From contig JAKIWO010000002.1 in the NCBI GenBank assembly GCA_022749995.1, positions 42,033-106,032 of the forward strand: a DNA stretch of 64,000 bases, in the 5' to 3' direction. The notes under the pieces were generated by a model. It searched no databases and was not told where the DNA came from. It worked only from the letters and a program-made list of their open reading frames with translations. Positions 1 to 8,940 of this stretch are shown piece by piece (the first letter of the stretch is position 1; each line of letters starts with the position of its first letter). The DNA is from Thermoplasmata archaeon. Lineage in GTDB: Archaea; Thermoplasmatota; Thermoplasmata; Lutacidiplasmatales; UBA184. Both the position numbers and the translations under genes were made by a program.

Positions 1-982
1 CGACCTGCAGCTCCATCCCCTTCGCTAGCCGCCCGGAGAACAGCCGCCCGGTCGCGATCTCGCCGGCATTGGGGTCCATGGTGATGTCGGTGACCATGAA
101 GGCGGTGGGCCCGTCGGTCTGGGTACCGGTCATCGCGAGTCCGACGGCGCTCCCCGGTTCCCCCTTCCAGATGTTCGGGATCCGGTACCGCTGGGCGATT
201 TCCGGGCTCGGGAGGTGCTTGACCACCATGTCGAAGATGACGTCGTTGATCTTCGCCTTCTGTGCGATCTCGCGCGAGCGGCCGGTGGAGACGTAGTCCA
301 CGATGTCCTTGAACTTCACGCCGGTGCGCTGCATGTACGGGACGGAGATCGCCCAGTTCTCGTACCCGCTGCCGAAGGCGACGGAGCCGTCGCGCGGGTC
401 GACGCTCCACTCGTCGACGAACTCCTCCGGCGCCATCTTCCGGATGAGTTCGTTGACCTCGATGATGATCTCGGTGAACCGCTTCTGGAACGACTCGGTG
501 GTGAGCTTGAGCTCCTTGATCGCCCGGTCGACCTTGTTGATGAACAGGACCGGCTTGACCTTCTCCCGCAGCGCCTGGCGGAGCACCGTCTCGGTCTGCG
601 CCATCACGCCCTCGACCGCGCAGACCACGACCACGGCGCCGTCGACGGCCCGCATCGCGCGGGTGACGTCCCCGCCAAAGTCGACGTGTCCCGGCGTGTC
701 GATGAGGTTGATCAGATACTGCTGGTTCTCGTACTCGTGGACGATCGTGACATCGGCGTTGTTGATGGTGAGCAGGCGCGCTTGCTCCTGCTCGTCGAAG
801 TTCAAGTACAGTTGCTTGCCCGCGAGCTCGTTGGAGATCATCCCCGCCGCGGCGAGCAGGTTGTCGGAGAGCGTCGTCTTGCCGTGATGGATGTGGGCGA
901 CAATCCCGATGTTCCGGATCTGGGAGGTCCGGTGCATCATGTCGGGAATCGCCTTGGCGAGCTCGCTCCGGATGTGCGTCAT
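1..982 (-). CDS. fusA: Translation elongation factor aEF-2, N-terminal part (gene runs off the window at position 1)
   Basis: Not in the ORF track because it is not closed in the window. Reverse translation from ATG 982 gives [43 protein letters not shown]...DTPGHVDF...FINKVDR, the GTPase G1/G3/G4 motifs. It lies downstream of uS12-uS7, the str-operon order. Confidence 0.9.
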   Translation of the reverse strand, partial: MTHIRSELAKAIPDMMHRTSQIRNIGIVAHIHHGKTTLSDNLLAAAGMISNELAGKQLYLNFDEQEQARLLTINNADVTIVHEYENQQYLINLIDTPGHVDFGGDVTRAMRAVDGAVVVVCAVEGVMAQTETVLRQALREKVKPVLFINKVDRAIKELKLTTESFQKRFTEIIIEVNELIRKMAPEEFVDEWSVDPRDGSVAFGSGYENWAISVPYMQRTGVKFKDIVDYVSTGRSREIAQKAKINDVIFDMVVKHLPSPEIAQRYRIPNIWKGEPGSAVGLAMTGTQTDGPTAFMVTDITMDPNAGEIATGRLFSGRLAKGMELQV

Positions 983-1005
983 GCCGTTCCCCCTCCGCGC
1001 GGGCC

Positions 1006-1668
1006 CTACCGGGCCGACTGGGCCACGCGCTCGACTTCTTCCTTGCGGCCGACGGCGTAGCTGGTCAGGTCGCCCTTCGCGGCGAGCGCGATCTCGTGGG
1101 CGAGGCAGTTCGAGATGGACTTGGTGGACTTGCGCGAGGCGGTGATGGCGCCCTGGGCGATGTTACGGATCGCGACGGCGAGTCGGCGGGCCGGTGCGGA
1201 ATCGACCGCGCGCGGGACCGAGATGCCGCCGAACTGCAGCCGCGTGACCTCCTCGCGGGGGGCGGAATTCTCGACGGCGTTCACCAGCAGCTGGAGCGGA
1301 TTCTGCTTCTCGGTGCGCTCGAGCTCCTCGAACGCCAGCCGGATCGTGGTGATCGCCTTGGACTTCTTGCCGGTGAACTTGCCGCCTTTCATCAGGTGGT
1401 TGGCGAGCCGCTCGACGAGATGCATCTGGGCCTTGAGGAACGGCCGGCCGGAGAGCTTCCCCTCGGTGTGCGGGCTGTAGACGGGGTGGAGGTACATGTA
1501 CGGGGCGAGCCCCGGGTCGTGCACCTCGATGCCCTCGAAGGTGAACCGGCCGAACAGCGCCGGCAGCGCGAACGGGGGCGGCGGGGGAGCGGGCGGCCTC
1601 GCCGGGGACGGGGCGTTCTCCTCGGGCGCCGGCTCGGGTGGGGGCGGAACGAACTCCGGGGGACTCAT
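1006..1668 (-). CDS. rps7: 30S ribosomal protein uS7 with a proline-rich N-terminal extension
   Basis: The core [17 protein letters not shown]...[17 protein letters not shown]...[28 protein letters not shown] is typical archaeal S7. The ATG at 1668 overlaps the S12 stop (ATGA). Confidence 0.9.
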   Translation of the reverse strand: MSPPEFVPPPPEPAPEENAPSPARPPAPPPPPFALPALFGRFTFEGIEVHDPGLAPYMYLHPVYSPHTEGKLSGRPFLKAQMHLVERLANHLMKGGKFTGKKSKAITTIRLAFEELERTEKQNPLQLLVNAVENSAPREEVTRLQFGGISVPRAVDSAPARRLAVAIRNIAQGAITASRKSTKSISNCLAHEIALAAKGDLTSYAVGRKEEVERVAQSAR

Positions 1669-2099
1669 CGCTGCGGCTTCTCCTTGCGGCCCCGGACCAG
1701 CTCGTCGAGGCTGACGCCGTTGACCTGGATCACTTTGTAGCGTACGCCGGGGATGTCGCCGTACGAGCGGCCCATGCGGCCGCCGATCCCCTCTACGAGC
1801 ACCTCGTCGTGCTCGTCAATGAAGTTGATAGCGCCGTCGCCCACCGCGAAGGCCGTCACCTGGCGGCCGTTCTTGATGAGCTGGACCTTCACGCATTTGC
1901 GGATGGCCGAGTTGGGCTGCTTGGCCTCCACGCCCACCTTCTCGAGCACGATCCCGCGGGCCTGCGGAGCGCCCTCGAGCGGGTCGGAGCGCTCCTTGAG
2001 GTGCAGCGTCCGGCGCTTGTAGTACCGATCCGACCAGCGTCGCCGCTGGCGGAGCCGGTGCAGGCGGCCGGCAGTATGCATTCCGGAAGGGGGCGGCAT
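1665..2099 (-). CDS. rps12: 30S ribosomal protein uS12
   Basis: Contains [10 protein letters not shown]...[46 protein letters not shown]...[10 protein letters not shown]. The track ORF extends to 2129, but the TATA-like box at 2139-2150 favours ATG 2099. Confidence 0.9.
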   Translation of the reverse strand: MPPPSGMHTAGRLHRLRQRRRWSDRYYKRRTLHLKERSDPLEGAPQARGIVLEKVGVEAKQPNSAIRKCVKVQLIKNGRQVTAFAVGDGAINFIDEHDEVLVEGIGGRMGRSYGDIPGVRYKVIQVNGVSLDELVRGRKEKPQR

Positions 2100-2138
2100 C
2101 GACGAGATTCTCGAGCGGGTGCGACCCACCGGGACCCC

Positions 2139-2150
2139 CTATTTAAGTTT
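2139..2150 (-). promoter_or_regulatory. BRE/TATA-like element for the uS12-uS7-aEF2 operon
   Basis: The minus strand reads cgAAACTTAAATAGgg, which fits the archaeal YTTAAATA box with an A-rich BRE. It lies about 45 nt upstream of ATG 2099. Confidence 0.45.
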
Positions 2151-2272
2151 CGGCCCGCTCGACGGTGCGACGGCACCGGAACGGGTCGGCTACCGACGAG
2201 GAATCGGCTCCCGGAGGACGCCCGGGAACCGCTCGCGGCACTCCTATTAGTCCGGCACCGGTTCGACCTTCC

Positions 2273-4750
2273 GTGACCCGGCTTGCGTTGTTCCTGCTCG
2301 GCGGCTCCTACCGTTCTGAAGGCGAGGACGTGGTGGTCGAACTGTTCGGCAAGACGCCGGAGGGCGAGAGCGTCGTCGCGTTGGCCAGCGGGTTCCGCCC
2401 CTACTTCCAGATCACCGAGCCGACCGCCGAGCAGCTGGACCGGCTGCACAAGGAACCCGAGGTGGTCGAGGTGGAGACCGGGCAGAGCCTCTGGGTGAGC
2501 GGAACGGTCCGCCCGGTGGCGACCGTCCGGTTGCATCACCCGTGGGTGGTGCCCGAGTTCCGGGAACGGTACCGCCGCCCGAACGAGGAGAACACGGTCC
2601 TCGCCTGCGACATACCATTCGTCCACCGGTTCCTGTACGACCGCCACCTCGGGCTCACGGTGGCCTTCGAGGCCGAGCAGGCCACGGAGGAGGAGCGGGG
2701 ACGGTACACCACGGCGCGGGTGGTCCGGGTGCTGCCTCGCCACGCGGCTCAGTTGGAGCGGGCCGAGCCGTTCCGGCCTCCACTCACCTACCTGAGCTTC
2801 GACATCGAGAATGCGATCCGCGAGCGCACGCTGTTCACGCTCTGTGGCGTGGTGAGCCGCGTCGACGGGTCCGGCGCGAGCGGAGGGGAACGGGAGTTCC
2901 AGTTCTCCGGGAGCGAACCCGAGATCCTCGAGCAGTTCGTGCGGGAGGTCCGCGAGAGCGACCCGGACATCATCACCGGCTACAACATCGGAGGCTACGA
3001 CATCCCGCTCCTGCTCGAGCGCCAGAAGGCGCTCGGCGTCCCCGAGCTCCTGTTCGGTCGCGACCGGACCCCGCCCAACGACGCCGGCGAGCGGCTGTGG
3101 AAGATCCACGGACGGGTCGTCGCCGACGCGTGGTGGTCGGCCCGCCGCGAGCTCCATCCCAAGCAGGAGACCCTTGAGTACGTCGCGCGCACTCTGCTCG
3201 GCGACAAGAAGCTCGACGTCGACCGGCGCAACATCACCGAGGAGTGGACCAAGGACCCGGTCGCGGTGATGAAATACTGCACCCACGACGCGCGGCTCGC
3301 CCTGCACATCTTGCTCAAGCTCCGCTCGATCGACAAGGCCGCGGACTTGGCGACCGTCGCCCGCCTTCCGCTCGAGGAGGGGCTCAACGGCCGGACCTCG
3401 CTGTTCATCGACGCGCTCCTCATCCCCCGGGCCGACGCCCGCCAGATCGGGGTGCCTCCCTCGCGCCGGACCAACCGCGAGAGCACGATCGAGGGCGGGT
3501 ACGTGCACGGCATCCGGCCCGGGCTCTACCGATGGGTCGTCGTCCTCGATTTCAAGGCGATGTACCCGTCGATCATTATCGCCCGCAACCTGTGCTTCAC
3601 GACGCTCTCTCCCACCGGGAGCACGGTGAGCCCTTCGGGCGCCCGGTTCGTGACGGTCGAGGAGCGCCGGGGCGTGATCCCCGAGGTGCTCGCGGAGCTG
3701 CTCCGCACCCGGGACGAGATGCGCCGGCGCGCGAGCGAGGAGCCGACCGCCGAGCTGCGCGCGTACTACGACGGTCTGCAGTCGGCGCTCAAGGTGCTGA
3801 TGAACTCGTTCTACGGCGTGCTCGCCTCGAGCTTCTACCGGTTCACGAACAAGGACATCGGCGCGGCGATCACCTCCTTTGCCCGCGAGTCGATCACGCA
3901 CGTCATCGCCGAGCTCGAGAAGGACCAGCTCGAGGTGGTCTACTCCGACACCGACTCGGTGTTCGTCCGGTCGCCGGTCCCGACGCTCGAGGAGTCGATG
4001 CAGTTCGGGCAGGAGGTCTCCCGCCGATTCACCGCCCAGGGAGGGATCTTCGAGTTCCAGTCGGTCTACGAGGCGTTCTTCTCCCACGGCGCCAAGAAGC
4101 GGTACGTCGGCCGGACCGCCTGGCCGCGGGCCGAACTGGTCGTCCGAGGATACGAGAGCCGGCGCACCGACGCGTTCGACTACCAAGTGGAGGCGTTGAA
4201 CGAGCTGTTCGAGCTCGTCCTGGGCGGGGAGACGCAGCGAGCGCTGGCCCGCGCGCGCGAGCGGGTCGCCGAGCTGCGCGACGGTCGCGTGCCCGCCGAG
4301 CGGCTCGTCATCGCCCGGAGCGTCCGGGCCGAGTCGGAGTACAACGAGGCCACCAAGGACGCGCTCCCGTTCCTCCGGGTGTTCCGACAGCTCCAGAGCG
4401 AGGGGTACGATGTCATCCCGGGCATGAAGGTCGCTTGGGTGGTCACCGACGCCGGCAAGTCCCCCCAGGAGGTCGAGCCGTGGGTGGTCGGTCGGCCGCT
4501 CACCAAGCCGCCGGATTATGGGTACTACAGCGAGCGGCTGGCCCAGACCCTGGCCCGGGTCACGGACGTCTTCGACTGGGATGCGGCCGCGCTCTTGCAG
4601 GGAGGCCGCCAACAACGGCTGCAGGCCGAGGAACCGCCTCCCTCGACCCCGCGCACGCCGCTAGGGCTCGATGCCTCGGTAGGCGAGCTCAACTCGAGCG
4701 CCGCCCGCCGGCGGAAGTCTACGACGCTCGAGACGTTCGGCGACGGTTAG
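2273..4750 (+). CDS. polB: Family-B DNA polymerase (PolB)
   Basis: Exo motifs FDIENA, YNIGGYDIPLL and YCTHDARL are present. Polymerase motifs A LDFKAMYPSIII, B KVLMNSFYGVL and C YSDTDSVFV are present. No intein is seen. The track start 2165 is probably too long; GTG 2273 lies about 26 nt downstream of the TATA-like cctattag (2243-2250). The C-terminus KSTTLETFG is PIP-box-like. Confidence 0.9.
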   Translation: MTRLALFLLGGSYRSEGEDVVVELFGKTPEGESVVALASGFRPYFQITEPTAEQLDRLHKEPEVVEVETGQSLWVSGTVRPVATVRLHHPWVVPEFRERYRRPNEENTVLACDIPFVHRFLYDRHLGLTVAFEAEQATEEERGRYTTARVVRVLPRHAAQLERAEPFRPPLTYLSFDIENAIRERTLFTLCGVVSRVDGSGASGGEREFQFSGSEPEILEQFVREVRESDPDIITGYNIGGYDIPLLLERQKALGVPELLFGRDRTPPNDAGERLWKIHGRVVADAWWSARRELHPKQETLEYVARTLLGDKKLDVDRRNITEEWTKDPVAVMKYCTHDARLALHILLKLRSIDKAADLATVARLPLEEGLNGRTSLFIDALLIPRADARQIGVPPSRRTNRESTIEGGYVHGIRPGLYRWVVVLDFKAMYPSIIIARNLCFTTLSPTGSTVSPSGARFVTVEERRGVIPEVLAELLRTRDEMRRRASEEPTAELRAYYDGLQSALKVLMNSFYGVLASSFYRFTNKDIGAAITSFARESITHVIAELEKDQLEVVYSDTDSVFVRSPVPTLEESMQFGQEVSRRFTAQGGIFEFQSVYEAFFSHGAKKRYVGRTAWPRAELVVRGYESRRTDAFDYQVEALNELFELVLGGETQRALARARERVAELRDGRVPAERLVIARSVRAESEYNEATKDALPFLRVFRQLQSEGYDVIPGMKVAWVVTDAGKSPQEVEPWVVGRPLTKPPDYGYYSERLAQTLARVTDVFDWDAAALLQGGRQQRLQAEEPPPSTPRTPLGLDASVGELNSSAARRRKSTTLETFGDG

Positions 4751-4756
4751 TCCGAC

Positions 4757-5719
4757 CTACAGATCGGCGAGCGGCGCCTCGGCGAGGGGCCCCGGCGCCT
4801 GGGTGCCTCGTACCGCCAGCAGTGCCCCCAGCGCCGCCACCGGAATGCCGGCCAAGCCGAGCCACGACGGCAGCTGATGAGTGACGAGCACGGTGAATCC
4901 GAGAGTGAACACGGGAATCGCGGCCATCAACAGCGCGGGCAGGAGGAGGCCCGAGCGGCGGATCGCCCGGAAGTACAGGTCCGGCGCGACGAAGAACGTG
5001 ATCACCCCGCCGACCACGAGCAGGAGGAGCGGGATCGGTGCGATGAGCAGCCCCCCCCATCCCCCGGGGAGCGCTGGCGCGATCAGGAGCGAGACGAGAC
5101 CCGCGCCGAGCCCGGCTCCGCCGGCGACAGCACTGATCGGCTGACGACGATTGGCCCCGGCTCCGCTGACGAAGAATCCGGCGAGTACGATTGGCAGCAC
5201 CACCGCCGCCAGCACCGAGAGTCCCCGGATCGGTTGGGCCGATCCTCCTTCGAGGATGGTCAGGGTCGCGCCGCCGGCGCTCAACCCCATCCCGAGCAGG
5301 AACAGCGGGTTCTGCAGGAGGCCCCGTCCCTCGCCCACGACGGCACGGGCCACGAGCGGCGTGAGGATCACATCCCCGACGAGGGCGAGCAGCGCGGAGT
5401 CCACCGGCCCCCCGGAGAGGGTCACCTGCAGCACCAGGATCTGGGTGGACAGGAACAGCCCCACACGGAGCCAGCCACCACTCGTTCGAAAGCCGTGGAC
5501 GAAGGCAGGGAACTCTCCTCGCGCGGCCGCCCAGATGACGTACGAGACGCCCCCCGCTAGGAACGGGTAGGCGAGAAGCGCGGTGAAGGAGACCGACCCC
5601 TCGAGGGTCAGAATGAACAGGTAGTAGCTCGACCAGAGCAGGGCAGCGAGTAGCGCGTAGACGGTCGCCTGGCGCCGACGATCCTTCCCATCGGGGATCG
5701 CGGCGGCTCCCTCACCCAT
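4757..5719 (-). CDS. DMT/EamA-family membrane transporter
   Basis: About 10 predicted TM helices arranged as two similar halves, rich in G/A/L. The 8-nt overlap with the purM stop suggests co-transcription. Confidence 0.6.
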   Translation of the reverse strand: MGEGAAAIPDGKDRRRQATVYALLAALLWSSYYLFILTLEGSVSFTALLAYPFLAGGVSYVIWAAARGEFPAFVHGFRTSGGWLRVGLFLSTQILVLQVTLSGGPVDSALLALVGDVILTPLVARAVVGEGRGLLQNPLFLLGMGLSAGGATLTILEGGSAQPIRGLSVLAAVVLPIVLAGFFVSGAGANRRQPISAVAGGAGLGAGLVSLLIAPALPGGWGGLLIAPIPLLLLVVGGVITFFVAPDLYFRAIRRSGLLLPALLMAAIPVFTLGFTVLVTHQLPSWLGLAGIPVAALGALLAVRGTQAPGPLAEAPLADL

Positions 5720-6764
5720 ACCGCTCGTAGGTCAGGCCCAACCTGGGGAGACTGACGCCCCGCCCGCGATCGACGGAGCCGATGGGCACGGCATCGGCGA
5801 ACCCCGCCTTCCCCAACCGGCGAAGCAGCGGCCCGCGGGTTCCGGGGCGACAGGCGATGACGAAACCCACGCCCATGTTGAACGTGCGGTACATTTCTCG
5901 AGGTGCTACGTTCCCGTGCTGGGAGAGGAATCCGAAGAGCGAAGGGACCTTCGGCCAGTCATTGAGCCGGAATTCAACCTCCCGCTGCAGGCGGACGAGG
6001 TTGCTCACCCCACCGCCGCTGATGTGGGCCAAGCCGGTAATCCCGGGAAGGTCGACCAGCGACTCCACCGCGCGGACATAGGTGCGGGTCGGAGTGAGGA
6101 GCTCAAGGCCGAGGCGGCGCCTGGATCCGGCTCGGATACGCCCCAACGGAACTCCGGCGCTGGCCACGATCCTCCGGGCCAAGGTGAGGCCGTTCGCGTG
6201 GAGCCCGCTCGAAGGCACCCCGATGAGGGCATCGCCGGGGCGGATGCGCTCTCCCGTGATCGGTCGCCGTCCACCGGGGAAAAAACCGAGTGCCGTACCG
6301 CCGAGGTCCACGCCGTGCACGAGCTCGGGGACGACCGCGGTCTCCCCTCCGAGCAGCGAGCACTGCGCGGCGAGGAGTCCCCGGCGAAGACCGCGGCCAA
6401 TCGCCGCGAGGAGGGCAGGGGTGGGTCGATCCATGGAGATCGTGTCGACGAACGCCGCAGGGCGCGCCCCGACGGCCGCCAGGTCATTCACGTTGATCGC
6501 GACCACGTCCTCCCCCACCTCCTCCCATCGACCGAGCTCCTGGGCGAGCAGCCCCTTGGTGCCGACCGTGTCCGTGGTGATCGCGAGCAACTCGCGGCCG
6601 ATCCGGATCAGCCCGGCGTAGTGTCCCGCGGGCGGCACAGGCCGGCCGCTCGCGGCGGGGGCGCGGTACCGGGCGGCCGAGAGGAGTTCCCGGAGAGAGC
6701 GGGCGACCTGAGCCCGGTCCACGCCCGCCCTCGCGTAGCTCCAGCCCCGCCGACTCCGGCCCAC
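5712..6764 (-). CDS. purM: Phosphoribosylformylglycinamidine cyclo-ligase (AIR synthase, PurM)
   Basis: Contains SYARAGVD...GHYAGLIRIG...LAITTDTVGTKGLLA...VAINVNDLAAVGARP...GGETAVVPE...LHANGLTLAR. The track ORF (to 6989) has an Arg-rich, non-homologous N-terminus. The start was set at GTG 6764 and is uncertain. Confidence 0.85.
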   Translation of the reverse strand: MGRSRRGWSYARAGVDRAQVARSLRELLSAARYRAPAASGRPVPPAGHYAGLIRIGRELLAITTDTVGTKGLLAQELGRWEEVGEDVVAINVNDLAAVGARPAAFVDTISMDRPTPALLAAIGRGLRRGLLAAQCSLLGGETAVVPELVHGVDLGGTALGFFPGGRRPITGERIRPGDALIGVPSSGLHANGLTLARRIVASAGVPLGRIRAGSRRRLGLELLTPTRTYVRAVESLVDLPGITGLAHISGGGVSNLVRLQREVEFRLNDWPKVPSLFGFLSQHGNVAPREMYRTFNMGVGFVIACRPGTRGPLLRRLGKAGFADAVPIGSVDRGRGVSLPRLGLTYERYG

Positions 6765-6894
6765 GGCTTCGCGAGGGAACGACGGGCAAAACGATGGCGG
6801 GGAGCGGCCGGCGACCTCTAATCCGCGTCGCGCGGTCCGGCGCAGGATGCCCGCACGCCCTCGTCTGCGACGCGAGGCCGCGACCGCACGACCC

Positions 6895-8208
6895 GTGCCT
6901 TCCATCGTGCTGGTCGGGCGGAGCCTGCAGCGGGGAGTACTGCGGCCCGTCGAGGTGGGCCTCGACGAGTCGGGCGAGATCGTCGCCATCGGCCGTGACC
7001 TCCGCGGCGGGCGGCGCCACGACCTCGGGGAAGCGGTGCTCCTTCCCTCGGCTGTGGACCTGCACGTCCACTTCCGTTCCCCGGATGTGCCTCACGAAGG
7101 GGAGAACTGGGCCCGAGGCACCGTCCAAGCCGCGCTGGGCGGAGTGGGGGTAGCCGGAGAGATGCCCAACGCGCAGCCCCCGACCTCGAGCGCGTCCCGG
7201 CTGGAGGAACGCCGCGACCGCGGTCGAGGCCGGCTCGCGATCGACTTGCTGTTGTATGCCGCGCTGGAGAGACCGTCGGAGGTGCCCAAGCTTGGGCGGG
7301 TGGCGGGCGGCTTCAAGCTCTACCTCGCTCCCACGACCGGCATCGAGCCGCCCGGTGACTCCGATCAGGTCGCCGAGTTGTTGCGCCTCGCCTCGCTCAC
7401 TGGCCTACCCGTCGCGGTCCACGCAGAGGACCCCGGCCAGTTCGTCGACCCCGAGCGTGCCACCAATCCGGTCGAGTGGGACCGAGCCCGGCCCCTCGAA
7501 GCCGAGGAAGGGTGCGTGGAGCGGCTCATCGCCTCCGTTCCCGCCGGCCTTCGGCTCCATGTGGCCCACGTCACCTCGGCGGAAACGGCTCGACGGCTGA
7601 AGGAGGCGGGGCACTCCTTCGAGTGCACTCCCCACCACCTGCTCCTCTCCGACAGATCCGGCGACGACGCGCGGTGGAAGGTCAACCCCCCGCTACGGTC
7701 GGAGGCGGTGCGGGCCGGGCTGTGGGAAGCCTTCCGGGACGGACACGTCCCCTGCCTAGCGAGCGACCACGCCCCGCACGAGCGGGAGGCTAAGGACCGC
7801 CCGTTCCCGCGCGCACCGGCCGGGGTCCCCGGGGTGGGAACTATGCTGCCACTGCTGCTCGCGCGCGCACGTGCCGGCGAGCTCTCCTTGGATCGCCTCC
7901 AGCGCGCGGCCTGCGAACATCCGGCCCGGTGGCTCGGCCTGCCGGCGGGCCGGCTCGCCCTCGGCCACCGCGGCGGAATCGTGGCCGTCGACTTCCGACG
8001 CCGTCAGCCCTTCCACGCCGCACGGTTCCGCGACTCCTGCGGGTGGAGCCCGTTCGAGGGCCACGAGATGATCTTCCCATTCGAGCATTGGCATCGGGGG
8101 GAACGCATTGTTGAGGGCGGAGAGTACGTGGGTCGCCCCACGGGCCAGGTGGTCCGTCCCGAGTACGCCCACGGCGCATCCGCCCGTGTCCTCCGGGGTC
8201 CAGAGTAA
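6895..8208 (+). CDS. pyrC: Dihydroorotase (amidohydrolase superfamily)
   Basis: Metal-ligand and signature motifs are DLHVHFR, GFKLYLA, VHAEDP, HVAHVTS and ASDHAPH. The start is uncertain (track 6847; GTG 6895 chosen). Confidence 0.78.
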   Translation: MPSIVLVGRSLQRGVLRPVEVGLDESGEIVAIGRDLRGGRRHDLGEAVLLPSAVDLHVHFRSPDVPHEGENWARGTVQAALGGVGVAGEMPNAQPPTSSASRLEERRDRGRGRLAIDLLLYAALERPSEVPKLGRVAGGFKLYLAPTTGIEPPGDSDQVAELLRLASLTGLPVAVHAEDPGQFVDPERATNPVEWDRARPLEAEEGCVERLIASVPAGLRLHVAHVTSAETARRLKEAGHSFECTPHHLLLSDRSGDDARWKVNPPLRSEAVRAGLWEAFRDGHVPCLASDHAPHEREAKDRPFPRAPAGVPGVGTMLPLLLARARAGELSLDRLQRAACEHPARWLGLPAGRLALGHRGGIVAVDFRRRQPFHAARFRDSCGWSPFEGHEMIFPFEHWHRGERIVEGGEYVGRPTGQVVRPEYAHGASARVLRGPE

Positions 8209-8244
8209 CCTTCTAATCCCGCCCGGCCCCGCCGTCTCCCGACC

Positions 8245-8922
8245 ATGGCCGATGTCGTTGTCGCCGGCGTCGACGTCTGGAAAGTGTACGGCTCGGGCGA
8301 CACGCAGGTCGCTGCGCTCCAAGGCGTTAACCTCGAGGTCCGCCGCGGGGAGATGGTCGCGGTGATGGGCTCCTCGGGTTGCGGCAAGACGACGTTTCTC
8401 AACTGTTTCTCCGGGCTGGACGAGATCGACAAGGGGACGGTGACGCTCGAGGGCGTGGACATCCACGCAATGAGCGACAACGCCAAGAGCGACTATCGGG
8501 CGCGGCGCACCGGGTTCGTCTTCCAGTCCTACAATCTGCTGCCAGTGCTGACGGCGGTGGAGAACGTGGAGATGCCGCTGCTCATCAGCGGATCCAAGCC
8601 CAAGCTCGCCCGCAGCACCGCATCGGCGATGCTCACCGACCTGGGACTTGGCGAACGGCTCACCCACCTTCCCTCCCAGCTCTCGGGAGGGCAGCAGCAG
8701 CGGGTCTCGCTCGCTCGCGCGCTGGTCGCTCGTCCGGCGATCGTCTGGGCCGATGAGCCGACCGGTAACTTGGACGAGGAAGGCTCGCGCCAGGTCACCG
8801 CGCTCCTGAGGGAGCTCAACCAGAAACACGGCCAGACGATCCTGATTGTCACGCACGACCCCGAGGTCGCGCGCGGATGCGATCGGACGTTACGGATGCG
8901 CGACGGCCGGTTCGCGGACTAG
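8245..8922 (+). CDS. ABC transporter ATP-binding protein (MacB/LolD-like)
   Basis: Walker A GSSGCGKTT, signature LSGGQQQRVSLARAL, Walker B IVWADEPTGNLD, and the H-loop VTHD. Confidence 0.88.
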   Translation: MADVVVAGVDVWKVYGSGDTQVAALQGVNLEVRRGEMVAVMGSSGCGKTTFLNCFSGLDEIDKGTVTLEGVDIHAMSDNAKSDYRARRTGFVFQSYNLLPVLTAVENVEMPLLISGSKPKLARSTASAMLTDLGLGERLTHLPSQLSGGQQQRVSLARALVARPAIVWADEPTGNLDEEGSRQVTALLRELNQKHGQTILIVTHDPEVARGCDRTLRMRDGRFAD

Positions 8923-8940
8923 CGCCCGAGCGAGCCATCG

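Noticed and set aside
1889-4615. A 908-aa minus-strand ORF opposite polB. Similar very long ORFs lie at 8890-10527, 49183-51294, 60950-63580 and elsewhere.
   Set aside because: These are Arg/Gly/Pro/Asp-rich translations with no motifs. They lie exactly antisense to genes with unambiguous conserved motifs. They are typical shadow ORFs of high-GC DNA, where stop codons are rare.
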